Of a stretch of DNA of 64,000 bases, positions 14,361 to 26,530 are shown piece by piece. The position numbers and the translations under genes were made by a program. Source of the DNA: Callorhinchus milii (lineage: Eukaryota); assembly GCF_018977255.1 (NCBI RefSeq), contig NW_024704743.1, positions 18,168,001-18,232,000 on the forward strand. Reading direction: 5' to 3'. The notes beneath the pieces are model-generated. The model did not search any database, was not told the origin of the DNA, and was given only the letters and a program-made list of their open reading frames with translations. Every line of letters starts with the position of its first letter. Position 1 is the stretch's first letter.

Positions 14361-16561
14361 TAAGTATGTTTTATTGAACTCAGTTTGATTTGGATACTCT
14401 GAAGCATGGTGATAGGTTTCCGCAAGCGTTAAAGATACTTCAAGTCTGATGAGAACTAAGGCACAAGATAAAGTCGCATGTTGTGGGTGTATGCGGTGGG
14501 TATATGTGGTGTCTATGTGTGTCTGCGCCAACATCATCATTCACACTTTTTTTATTTGAAAAATGTGTATTTTTGAAATTCTTGCATATCACATCCAGCC
14601 TCAACTATTCCAATGTCCAGTTTACTGGACTCCCCAGATTCAAATGCGTTCATAACCCTCTATGGTCTTTTCCCTCTGCAACCACCTGCAGGTCTACCAT
14701 TCCGTCTGCTCAGAAACACCAACCAGTCTGCCATCAGCAGCCAGGCCTTCTGCTGGCACGATGGCACTGCATATCAAAGTTTCTCCCCCTCACCTTTAAA
14801 GCCAATATTAAGACCTTTCTTGTCAAATGGACTTCTGATCACCTTCCCTTTCCCTTGACCGCACTACTTTCATATCCACAATAGGGACAGTCTTAATTAC
14901 AACAATAAGATTACATTTGTATAGCGTCTTTCATGTCGGGAGGACGTCCCAGGGCGCTGATCAGTGTGGATCTTAGGTTTGTTACTGTATAACCAACTGG
15001 AGTCACGGGAATCAAAAGTGCATTTGTAAGCAGTTTATTAAAACAAAGTTTAAAAAGAAAACGGAACACATAACATTGCCAAATGTGGCATAATGTAGAG
15101 ACTGCACAGGATAAATAATAATCCTCTCATTTAATATAGTGCCTTTCACATCAAGCAGAAGGTTTCACAAGTGCTTCTCGGGATTTACTTTAAATTAGTG
15201 ATTGTGTATTTTGTAGGATAACTCAGAAGACAATTTGTGCGTAGCAATGTCCCACATAAGATTCATTGAATGGCCAATTTTATTTGGCAATGCTGCAAGA
15301 ATTTCCACGATACAGATTTTTCAAATAAAAAGTGTAGAGACCAAGCAGACTCTCGGATTATGTGACAATAAAATTTACATTAACCCATATACAGCTATGG
15401 TACAATAACGTACCTTAACCCCAACTTCAAGGAGTACCCCTTGCTGCACCAATAGGACATTCACATTTTTCATAGCTACTGTTATGGCTGCACAGTGAGA
15501 CAGTCAATTAGTGCTAAAATATGTGTAATTTTATGATGTAGACACATGCCTCCTCACAACTCATTATTGTTCTCTGACTAAAAACTAGTTTCATTTTAGG
15601 ATCCTTGTACCATTAAGAAGGCTCCTGTTTATTTGGTCTGGGCTGCAAACAAACCCAAGTCCCATAAAAATAAGAGCGTTGCAATCATTACTTCTCTCAG
15701 CACTACACACATTTTTTATTTTTTAAATTTGCCAGGAAATCATGGTAGGGAGGGGGAAGAGGAACAGGCAGTTCAATAGGACTAGATTTTAAACAATTAA
15801 AGATAGTGTGAGATATTATTTTTTTGCCTCAGAGGACACCAAAGCCCCTTCAAAAGAACTGAGTAATAGGCCCTAAAAGTTGATACCAATAAATGAGAAT
15901 CCCTCAGATACCCATATTGCCAAGGAATTGTATTCATTGCCCAGTCAGCAAATAAAAAAGTGCTACAAAGTTTGATGTTTACCCTGATGCAAAGACGCCT
16001 ACATCTGAGGAAGAAATCGCTGCACAACAACTAATTAGTTTATATATCCAATTTCACATCTTTTTCAGTTAACATTAGGACATTGGATAACAACATTTTA
16101 CAGTAAGAGCTGAAGATTGTGAAGCATCCCACTGTGAAGCATCCCATCTGTACGGCTCACGTTACACAAATTGTCATATTAGATCATTTTGTCTTAAATA
16201 TTAGTGAGAACTGGGAATTACTGAGTTGAACACTAGCAAGGCAGCACAGGAGAGTCATTCAAAACGGTGAGATCGTCAACACTGCTAAAGTTAATGGCCA
16301 ACTTCATCACCACACATTATGGGAAATAACTGATCAGTAGTCATAACTAAAAGGGAAAATCCTACTCTGGGGAGAGCAGTATTAACATGTTCAATCTAAA
16401 AGTGTTCCTCATAGCAGGCTAAAATTTAAAAAAAAAATAAGACAAGGTTTAAATACAGTATATTGAAACATAATTGGGGAGCCACAAGTTTTCTGAAGTC
16501 CTTTTGGATGACGTGAAATTATCTGACTTCAGCCAGTTGATAATGGGGTGGTGGTGTGGTT

Positions 16562-16586
16562 GGGGGGGGGGGGGGGGGGGGGGGGG
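16562..16586 (+). repeat. Poly-G tract
   Basis: 25 consecutive G. Confidence 0.9.
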
Positions 16587-19500
16587 CGGTGGAGAAGGAA
16601 GGAAAAAGTTGGAAACCACTCGCTCTTTAGTTTCAATTTCAATTTAGTTTCAATGGAACATAACAATACAATCAGAGATTCGGCCTGACCTGCTGTAACA
16701 CAATGTTCGTATTTCACCCACAAAATATACATTCAATTCACTTTACAGTAAATTCTGCGAAGTGCTTTGAGACGTCTCAAAGACGTGATAAGGCTCTATA
16801 TCAAACGCAAGGATTATTATTTAAATGCTAGTCTAATATTAGGTTATTCATTTGTGACCACTACAAAACTGTAAATGCATAAGGTTAGTGTATCAGAATG
16901 ATGTTGAATTTCTTTCATGTGGAAGAAAATCAACGTGTAAAATTGACCAAGTCAATACTTGCAGGTACACATATAGTTTTTAAAAATATTTTACTTTGAT
17001 CTGAATTGGGACCAATTAGAGACGGGCACAATGGCCTCAACATAAACAAGCCGTGTGACTCAAGGAATTCCTGCAGAATTTAAATGACAAAATTAGCAGA
17101 TCTAAAATGATTGCTTTGCAACAATTAAGTTTTGAAGGTGCAAACTATATTTTATTATGTTTCACTTCATGGCAGTTTGTGGGCCATTGCTGTGTGCAAA
17201 CTGGCTGTTGCATTCGTAGACTTTACAGTAAATCTTGGGAAGCGCTTTGACGATTCCTACTGATTTGAAAGGATTATTATTGATGGGGCAAGAAATGTTA
17301 TTAACTATTGAGAATTGAAACTACCAGGAAGGACACAATAGGTCGAGCTATCAGTTCAGATACTCCTTCAACTCATCTGATCTTAGCATTGTGTTTGTCA
17401 AAGGTTACAACTACATCAAGTGACACCAGTTGGGCAAGAATTTATTTTGTACCAATGTTTCACAAACCTCTACTGACTCAGCCTTGAGACTGTAAGGATT
17501 TGTAACTATTCTTGGTCTTCCTTCACGTGTAATAGATACTTAATATTTCTTTCCCCAAAATTATGGCTCCTTCGTGTTTTAAATCACAAAATATTTAACA
17601 GGCATTTTACAGTATCAGTAATCACCAGCTAAAATATTCTTTTGCTGAAATCCACTGGGAAGCAGGGAATATATAAATCAGATCATATTCACATGAAGGC
17701 TGATTCATTAATAACTTGCAAACTTCATCATCAGAACATTTATGTTAAGCATTGCACATCCACGGTCAGTAAACTGGAAGTTTTTTTTAAATACATTTAC
17801 AGTTAATATAGTACTTTAATGCAGGAGCAGTAAAAATACAGATTAATTGGACCAGTAAAACACTACGTTTTCTAACCATAGTAAAGGTATAATTTAGTAT
17901 CAGCAATTTTTATAATATAATATTTGATAAAATATGCTAACAAAGATTTATGTACCTATTTCAATCACAGCTGAAATATTACGTATTTCCTATTTGCGCA
18001 CAATGCAGCATGTTTACATCTCCAATTAAAACAATCCAAAATGCAAAAAACGACATAAAACCTGCACGCTGGTGCTCTGAGATGCCGTCCGGTGTGACGG
18101 GCAAGTTGTTGTTGTTTTGTTTAACCCTTTGTTGGTACACAATCATACTCTTATTTTGTTTGGAAATATGACCAGCCTGAATTTTGTTTATAGTACTACT
18201 CACATGGGCAAATCCATAAGGACTTGTCTGAAAAAGGGACCTGCATATAAAAAAACAAGACAGATTGATGGATGTCTGGAAGGATGGATGAAATCCAAAT
18301 CAAAAGAATGAAGTGGAAAGAATATTTATGGACTAGTTGGCAGACATGATTTACTCTGAAATTTATGTCTCCAAACCATGTGGGGAACTTGCATAAATCA
18401 ATTCACCAAGTAACCTACTGCAGTATCAAGTTAATGTTTGACAGGGGATTGCAGAGCCCTGCCCATATCTTGTTACCAGTATTACGTTAAAATAAGAATA
18501 CATGGATAAGAATAAGAATTTAGTTGGGTGGAGAGTCACTGAGCAACGATTTGCTATGCAACAAAGGTATCACAGTAAATGGAAGTTGGAGATAAGGCTG
18601 CCTATTTCTGGTAATCCTCTGGCAAGTAAAATGCTCGTACTATACAGCATGCAGCATAAATATAGTAGCCCTTTAGAAAGGCATCACATCAATTGGAACT
18701 TTCTGACATTATTCTTTAGGAACAAAACCTTCTAGACAGCAATAGAACAAACCGCAGGCTAGGAGACTTTGAGGTGGTTATTTTAGTACATCTGATAGTG
18801 AACAGATTATTTGCTGTTTAAGGAAGGTGGATAATCCGCTCACCAGCGTTCTTAAGATTGAATCCCATGGCTAGATACTGTTATTGATAAATATCAACAT
18901 GTTAGGGTCAAGATAAAAATCAATTTAACAGCATAAATGTAACAGACTTTTGACCTGCAAATCACACAAGTCTTAAGAGCGGATTTGCTTATAGAACATT
19001 TATACAAATGTGAGAAATGCTAATTACATTGACTTTATTGCTTTCTTAAAATAAGAAAGCAAGAAGAAACTTAGCCACTACTCCTAATGATGGTCCAGCA
19101 ATCTTGACTGGAAGGTGCATCGGAATGATGTCTGATTAGGAGAGCACCCCATGCGTACACACACAGTGAAATGTTTGCTGACACTAGGCTTACACATGAA
19201 CAATTGCTCTTTGGGCAAACTACCCAAACGTGACTGGTACCTATAGAACTGTACCTCAATAGTAGGGGGAGAAATCTTCAGGAGCCAAATGTCCTCAGAA
19301 AGAGGGGAGCAGAAAATATTTTTTTTAAATGAAATTAACAATTTTAGATTACATCAAGATAATTATTGTTAGTGCACATCAGTGCAAACAACAACTGCTT
19401 CCCTCTCACTCAGAGTAGCGTCTCAGTAGCGTCTGCAGTGCAGTTTTTGCTAGAATTAGTGAAATAGCTGCTATATCAGGAGCACAACAACCTCAGGAAG

Positions 19501-19649
19501 ATTTAAAATAATGAAATACAGATTACTTTGAGTTTAATGTATTTCAAGTACAGGAACTGAACACTTTTATTCCAAGCAGATATTTGTAAAGGACATTAAT
19601 TTCCTTATCAGAATTTAATCTTGAATAATATCCTCTTTCCTACCTCTGG

Positions 19650-19985
19650 GATCTGCTAACCCAATAGCAACCTGTCCGCTCCTTCCGCTCAGCAGGTTGC
19701 GGTCTGCTCCAGGTCCTCCGCCTGGCCCGTCCCACCATCGGCAGTTGGGCCTTCAGCCTCTCTGCCCCAACCCTTTAGAACTCCATCCCACCGTCCCTCT
19801 GCCTCGCTTCCTCCCTTGGCTCCTTCAAGGTATGTCTCAAGACCATCCTCTTTGGCAGTGTCTTCGACCACCCTCCTACCCTCTACCCTCCCTGATCCCA
19901 AGCCTCCGCTCGGGTCCAAATCCTTGACTGCCCAGAGCCTTGGGACGTCCTCCCGACGTGAAAGGTGCTTTACAAAAGTAATTTC
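19650..19985 (+). mobile_element. L2 LINE 3' fragment
   Basis: Similar to the L2 copy at 31.5 kb; ends in the CCTTGGGACGTCCTCCCGACGTGAAAGG stem-loop. Confidence 0.8.
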
Positions 19986-21766
19986 TATTGCATCCAATGC
20001 TTTCTTTTCCATGATTCCGATGATATGTAATGCTGTTGACCGCCAGAAACAATTTCACAAAAATGGGAAGTAAAACACCTTGCAGGAAGCAGTTATGTAT
20101 ACTGTGAAATAATAATTCTTGTATTTAATATGGAATGCTCCAAGACCCGATCCCATGTGAAGGGCACAATATAAATGCAAATTATTATTGTTGTTGTTGT
20201 TGGTGCCTTACCACACTGTCAAAAGATTTCAAACGCTTCACAGGATTTTACTGTAAAGTGTCATGACTATTAACAGACAAACCTACATGTCTCCCAAAAT
20301 TCTTCTGGAAAGGTACCTCCAAAATCAACTAAGAGCTCAACCAAAACCATTAGGACTTTGAGCTCACTCCCAGCTGACCTTCCCATCTAGGGCTGGGAGA
20401 GCACTGAATATTCAGAGATGCTGTTCTTCGGATGAGACATTCAAGTGAATGTTAAAGATCCAATGGCATTCAACCTATTCCAGCTTGATAATAGCAAAGG
20501 CATTGTAAAGTTTCTTCCAGTGTCCTGGCCAACAATCCTTGGATAAAAATCAAGGCTATTATAGGAAAACTGGCTGTCCTGTCATGTTCACCTTCAAATA
20601 GTCACAAATGTTACAGTACACTCTGAGAAGTTCTTTAAAAACATAGGTGTGATAAGGCACTATGTCAAATGCAAAGACTATTTAATTAAGTCACATTTAG
20701 GTTCCACCGCTGTTTGTGGGACACTGCTGTGCGCAATTGGTTGCCACGTTTCGCCTACAAAATATACAGTCGATTCAGTTTACAGTATATTTTGTAAGGC
20801 GTTTTGAGACGTCCAGAACACAACAACAACAACAAAATTACATTTGTATAGCGCCTTTCATGACGGGAGAATGTCCAAAAGCACTGGATGTGAAAAGCGC
20901 TATATTAAATGCAAGGATTATTATTGTTATTATTTGTTCAGTTAAAAAAGAAGTGGATCTAGCCATTCTAGGGAAAATTATAGTTTTGTCCCAGATCCGA
21001 TCAAAGCAGATTTGTATACCACTCAGGAATCCATATTGTTTATATTCATTACACATTCATTAGAGTTGGACAGATAATTGGAAGTACCACAATTTAGACA
21101 ATTTAACCTTCAAGCCTATTTTCATTTTGGTCTTCCCACTACAACATCAATATATTTCTTAATCCAGTGCCCTGGCCTCAACCACCCTTCCTGGTTGCCT
21201 ATTCCAGCTTGATAATAGCAAAGGCATTGTAAAACTATCCTTCACAATCCTACACTGGTGTCCTCGTCATGCAAAACTGACAAATCTGAATGTTCAGGGT
21301 TCACTTTCTAAGTCACACTCAGTGTTTTATAATTTCTATATATGTAACAAAAATCCCTAGAAGAAACTTCCATTTGAAGCTGAAAACCCTAGCATATCAA
21401 CTTGTGCCACATCCTTAGAGGATCAGCCTCATTACTCGCTTCCATATTATTTTTAAGGCCTGAATGGCCCATTTAAGTGATAATAAATATATACAGTATT
21501 ACTACAGGTGTAACCTGACTAAACTGCTAGGAGAATTAAGCGCAAATTCTGATCTCAACTGATGAGTTTCCCTTATTTATTGCTTGTCCCACATGGTTTG
21601 GACATGTCATGAAACAAGTCAACTCCAAAACAAGGAACACAAATATTAAAATTATAGCTAAACTGGTTAGCAGAGAGAGGGAGAGCAGGAAACATTTCTT
21701 CATGAATTGGGTTGCAATTGGGAACCAATTGGGAACATACCGCCTTAGAAGGCCATAAAAGCCCAT

Positions 21767-22121
21767 GTGGAGTCCTGGAACTCAGTGGTTAGAGCACTCG
21801 CCTCGCAAGCGAGAAACCTGGGTTCTATTCCTGGCGAAATGTTGTGCAACTCTCCCCACTCCACACGCATCTGTTTACCTAGCAGTAAGTAGGAACCTGG
21901 TTGTTAGTCGATTGGTGGATCGCTTTTCCGAGGATAATAACCCCTCAAGAAAAAAAACAATGATTTGATCACTCAATCCATGACTGTTTGTGGGACACTG
22001 CTGTGTGCAATTGGCTGCTGCATTTCGCCCACAAATATACAATCAATTCACTTTATAGTATAAGCGCTTTGAGACGTCCAGAAGATGTGAAAAGCCCTAT
22101 ATCAAATGCAAGGATTATTAT
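21767..22121 (+). mobile_element. tRNA-derived SINE (long form)
   Basis: Same head and tail as the short form plus an internal segment CTGTTTACCTAGCAGTAAGTAGGAACCTGG. Confidence 0.9.
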
Positions 22122-22914
22122 ATAAAAGGCAAAAGATCAACTGGATGCTTAAAGAGAAAGACAAATATTAAGGAGTAAGTGTATTGGAGTGTAAATTGGA
22201 TTAGAATGAAGGACGAAAAGGCAGAGTTGGGATCAAAAGATCTACCATGATTTAATAAACAAACAGATCTATGATTTATAAATTGGGTTTTATGGACTGA
22301 ATGGCCTCCTTCTGTTTCCAACTACAGTAACACCCTGGGTCCCAACTAACACAGAATCTCTTTCAAACTCCCCTGACATAGATCACTGACAAGTTCTATT
22401 CCATTTGTGGTGTAATTGTCAACGGCAGAGGAAAAAAACAGAGTAAGCAATCTGTGCATTGATGGCTGGAGATTTCAATAAAAACTGAAAATGGTTCAAT
22501 AAATCATTTCCAAATACTAGCTCAGTGAATAAATACCACTATTTCCAGATGACAAATAATTAAGAAGTACAGAAGTAATCAAAAAATACAATTATTTAAA
22601 AACTCAGCTGACCAGCTGACACAGAAGCCCAGAGATTCATAGCCCAATTTGAGTAATCATTAATGCAACTTGACGTGCAATTACTCAAAATGAAGAAGCT
22701 TTATAAATACATTTTAGCATAATTCCTACAATACTTATTAGAAATGTTGTACGTTATTCAGTTTTAAACAAGTGCATATTTATTGATTCCAAAAATCACA
22801 AAAGCAATTGTGCCAGAAAGTAGCATTGCTTGCTGCAAAAAAATTCCCAGTATTTTATTAAACTAAAATTAACACAATAGATGTTATTGGTTTGTGTATT
22901 TAATAATCGGTGTG

Positions 22915-23262
22915 TTTGATATCGCGCCTTATTATGTCTTCGAGACTTCTCAATGAGCTTCCCAGAATATACTGTATATTTTGTGGGCAAAATGTGGAGG
23001 TCAATTGCACATAGCAATGTCCCACAAACTGTCGTGGAATGAGTGACCAAATTATTATTTTATTCATTATTTTTTTTTGAAGGGATTATTATCCCCGGAA
23101 AAGCGATCCGTCATTTGATTAACAACCAGGTTCCTACTTACTGCTAGGAAAACAGAGGTGTGTGGAGTAAGGAAACTTGCCCAACATTTCGCTCTGTCCA
23201 GCAATCGAATCCAGGTCCTCTTGCGAGGGGAGGGCTCTAAATACTAAGCTACAGGACTCCAC
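22915..23262 (-). mobile_element. tRNA-derived SINE (long form)
   Basis: Reverse-orientation copy of the 21767 element. Confidence 0.85.
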
Positions 23263-23964
23263 TATTTAATGAAACAATGTAGATAGAGAAATTTCACCAT
23301 GGTCTAAATTACCGAAAGTTACTGAGAGTAAATCTAGACACAAGTAGGATTTCTCACCCACAATGCGTTATCATTATTAAGTTATTTATAGTAGTGGAAA
23401 ACTTGAAATTTGACCGCAGTTAAAACAAAACACGAAACATGAGATAACAGGAGACAGATTTAAAAACAAAATCCCACTCTTCCTACATTTTACAACTAAA
23501 TGCAGGACTCTTTTGTTACTGCAGTCAGGGGGCTTCAGAAAGGAAACATCACCATGATCCTCAGCTATCCACATTGCGCCCACAAAATATACAGTCAATT
23601 CACTTTACAGTATATTCTGTGAAGTGCTTTGAGACGTCTCAAAGACGTGATAGGTGTTACATGAAATTCAAGGATTATTATTGTTAGTCCCCAAAATACA
23701 CGCTTTTCCAACTACAAAAGATTATGAAACAAAAGATGCCAAAATATACGAAACCCATTTTGACAAGACACTTCCTAGAGATTTGTACCAACTTGAATAT
23801 TAAACAGAATTGCCAAAAAAACAGAAAGTGAGTTTTGATATACATTTTACACCAAATTTATGAAAGAAAACCACCAATGATGTGTGTTTAGCACTTGTAA
23901 GAACCCAGGGATTTACACAGCAAAGTTTATTAGTGGAGAACAAATTAGTTTCTTTCCGTGTATA

Positions 23965-24081
23965 CAGGGTAACCAAAAAGTCGTGATAACTACCCTATTA
24001 TCTAAAGAAAAAGCAGAAATATAATTTATTTTAAGACTCATTAGACATTGTAATGGTATCACAACTTTTTTGGTCATTCTG
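23965..24081. mobile_element. Tc1/mariner-type MITE, 117 bp
   Basis: Imperfect TIRs CAGGGTAACCAAAAAGTCGTGATA and CAGAATGACCAAAAAAGTTGTGATA; TA on both flanks. Confidence 0.7.
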
Positions 24082-24469
24082 TAGTTCATTAATATTCAGC
24101 AACACAAAGTCAACTTCTTGCTTCGAACATGCATTTATTAGGCTTACTAATTCACAGTGGGAATTCAGTGTTCTTATCAAGAACTTTCCTCTCAACTTCT
24201 GCCTTGGAAATTGCACTTTATCCCCCACAATATGCATCAACAGTGACCTCTTCTGGATTAAAGTAACGCTGCCATTGAGATGGTCAAGGACTGCAGCAGA
24301 TGTAAAAGAAACATGCACTGAAACATTTTCAGAATTCAACTGAAAATGGTTATTTTCAGTTTTGTTCCCGATACAGTACTGAAAAGCATGAAATAGTTGG
24401 GACACGGACAGGAATTTGGGACTTTACAATTACTTCAAGTCCAACATTGCGCTTTTTCATGAAGCCAAA

Positions 24470-24710
24470 TAAGGCAGCCAATTGGCACAGCAGGGTACCA
24501 CAAACATAGATTGAAGTGACCAATTACTTTTTTTTTATATGACTCCTGGAAAAGTGATTCCCATTCAACTAACAAACAGGTTCCCACTTACTGCTAGGTA
24601 AGCAGAGGTGTGTGGAGTAAGGAAACTTGCCCAACATTTCACACCGCCGGGAATCAAATCCAGGTCTTTCGCTTGTGAGGCAAGTGCTCTAACCACTGAG
24701 CTACAGGAAC
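24470..24710 (-). mobile_element. tRNA-derived SINE (long form, 3'-truncated)
   Basis: tRNA-like head plus the long internal segment. Confidence 0.8.
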
Positions 24711-24804
24711 ATATATCTATATATACACACGAATATACAATCACACGCACACACACATGACTGTATGATGTGTTATTACAGTACAAATTACATTTGTACA
24801 AATA

Positions 24805-25705
24805 TATAATTACATTTGTATAACGCCTTTCACATCGGGAGGACGTCCCAAGGCGCTGGACAGTCAGGATTTGAACATGAGCTGGGGCGTGGAGGGCTTT
24901 GAAGGCGAGGATGGATGAGAATTTTGAACTCTATCCTCTGCGGGATGGGGAGCCAGTGGAGTCGGGTGAGGATGGGGATCATAGGGTCACAGAACCTGGT
25001 GTAGGAGCGGATATGAGCTGCAGAGTTCTGGATGATCGGCAGTTTGTGGAGGGAAGAGATGGGAAGGCCGATAAGCAGGGAGTTGGCGTAGTCGAGCCGA
25101 GATGTCATAATGTGTGGATGAGTGATTCGGTGGCCTGAGGGGTGAGGCAGACACGGAACCAGGGGATGTTGCGGAGGTGTGGGAAGGCAGAGAGGGTCAT
25201 GGCATAGATGTGGGGTAGAAAGGACAGTTGAGGGTCAAACAAGACCCGAAGGTTTCGGACTGGCTCAGTGAGGTGTAGTGAGCACCACGGATGGTGATCT
25301 GTCAGTGCCTGAGGTGTGGAGGTGCTGACGGGAGCCAATCAGGAGAGCCTCCGTCTTGTTGACGTTCAACTGTAGAAAGTAGCTCTCATCCAGGACTTGA
25401 TGTCTGACAGACATTCTATCAGGACAGCAGTGGTCCTGGAGTCGAGGGTGGAGGAAGAGATAGAGTTGGGTGTCATCCGCATACATGTGGAAGTTGACCC
25501 CGTGTCTGAGGATGATGTCACCAAGAGGGAGCATATAGATATTGAAGAGGAGGGGATCAAGGACAGAGCCCTGAGGAACGCTGCACGAGACGGTGTGGGG
25601 GCTAGAGGAGAAGCCATTTGTGGAGATGAAGTGGAGTAGGTGTGAGAGGTAGAATCTGAACCATTCAAGTACAGAACCATGAAGGTTGAGGTGAGAGAAG
25701 AGGCA
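24805..25705 (-). mobile_element. L2 LINE RT fragment, frameshifted
   Basis: [31 protein letters not shown] and [15 protein letters not shown] occur in different frames; L2 tail present. Confidence 0.92.
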
Positions 25706-26427
25706 TATTATTTTCTATGCCCTTCAATCACTCTCTTTTCTAACAAATCTATTCAATTCCCTTGTCAAACTGTGAGTTTACCTCGTCAGTCTGTTCCATA
25801 CATTTGCCAGTCTCTGTGTAGTCACATCTAAACTTTTTTTCATCCTTAACTTTTCTGAACTGGAGTCTGCCCCTCGGTGCAGATACTGGTAGATATAACA
25901 AGGAATTAGGACAAGGAGGCACAGGTTCAGCGTTATGAAGGGCAAAAGGTGGGGTGGAAAGTAAACCATTGTTAAGATAATTATCAACTATATTTATTTT
26001 TAAATGTCAACAGAAAACAGTTGTGTTGGTTTGTTAAAATATACAAAAAGTGTTTTTTTAAATATACAAAAAGCTCACCCAAACTGTCAATCTAACCTTC
26101 TGGGTCTATGTAATTACTGCTGTTATCCTCACACTTCAAAAATGTGCAGACATTTTCATTAAAAAAAACACTGCTATTCACAGTGCTAGATTTGAGCAGA
26201 CGTGTTTGATATTCTGGCATTTCAAAACAGCAGACGGGTGTATGTCAGCCAGTTAATTGTGTGTGTGGAGGGAAAGAGCGTTGTATAGAAGGTATAGCAC
26301 TAACTGAAGAAAGCACAAAACATTTAATTAGCTCAGTAATCTATATATAAATAGCCAATTATATATTTGCAGTAAAATTAAAGGAAAATTGAATGCTTCA
26401 TCAACTAACCAACTATTTATTTAGCAA

Positions 26428-26530
26428 AACAAAAACAGAGAAAGCTGGGAAAACTCAGCAGGTTAGGCAGCATCTATGGAGAAAGGAAAGTGAGTCAACG
26501 TTTCAGGTCCACGACCTTTCGTCAGAACTG
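26428..26530 (-). mobile_element. Penelope-like element terminal fragment
   Basis: Hammerhead core followed by CTTTCTCCATAGATGCTGCCTAACCTGCTGAGTTTTCCCAGC, matching my recollection of fish and shark Penelope terminal repeats. Confidence 0.65.
26493..26529 (-). ncRNA. Minimal type I hammerhead ribozyme motif
   Basis: Reads AGTT-CTGACGA-A-AGGTC(GTG)GACCT-GAA-ACGT-T-GACT: CUGANGA and GAAA boxes, 5-bp helix II, palindromic helix III, 4-bp helix I. Confidence 0.65.
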
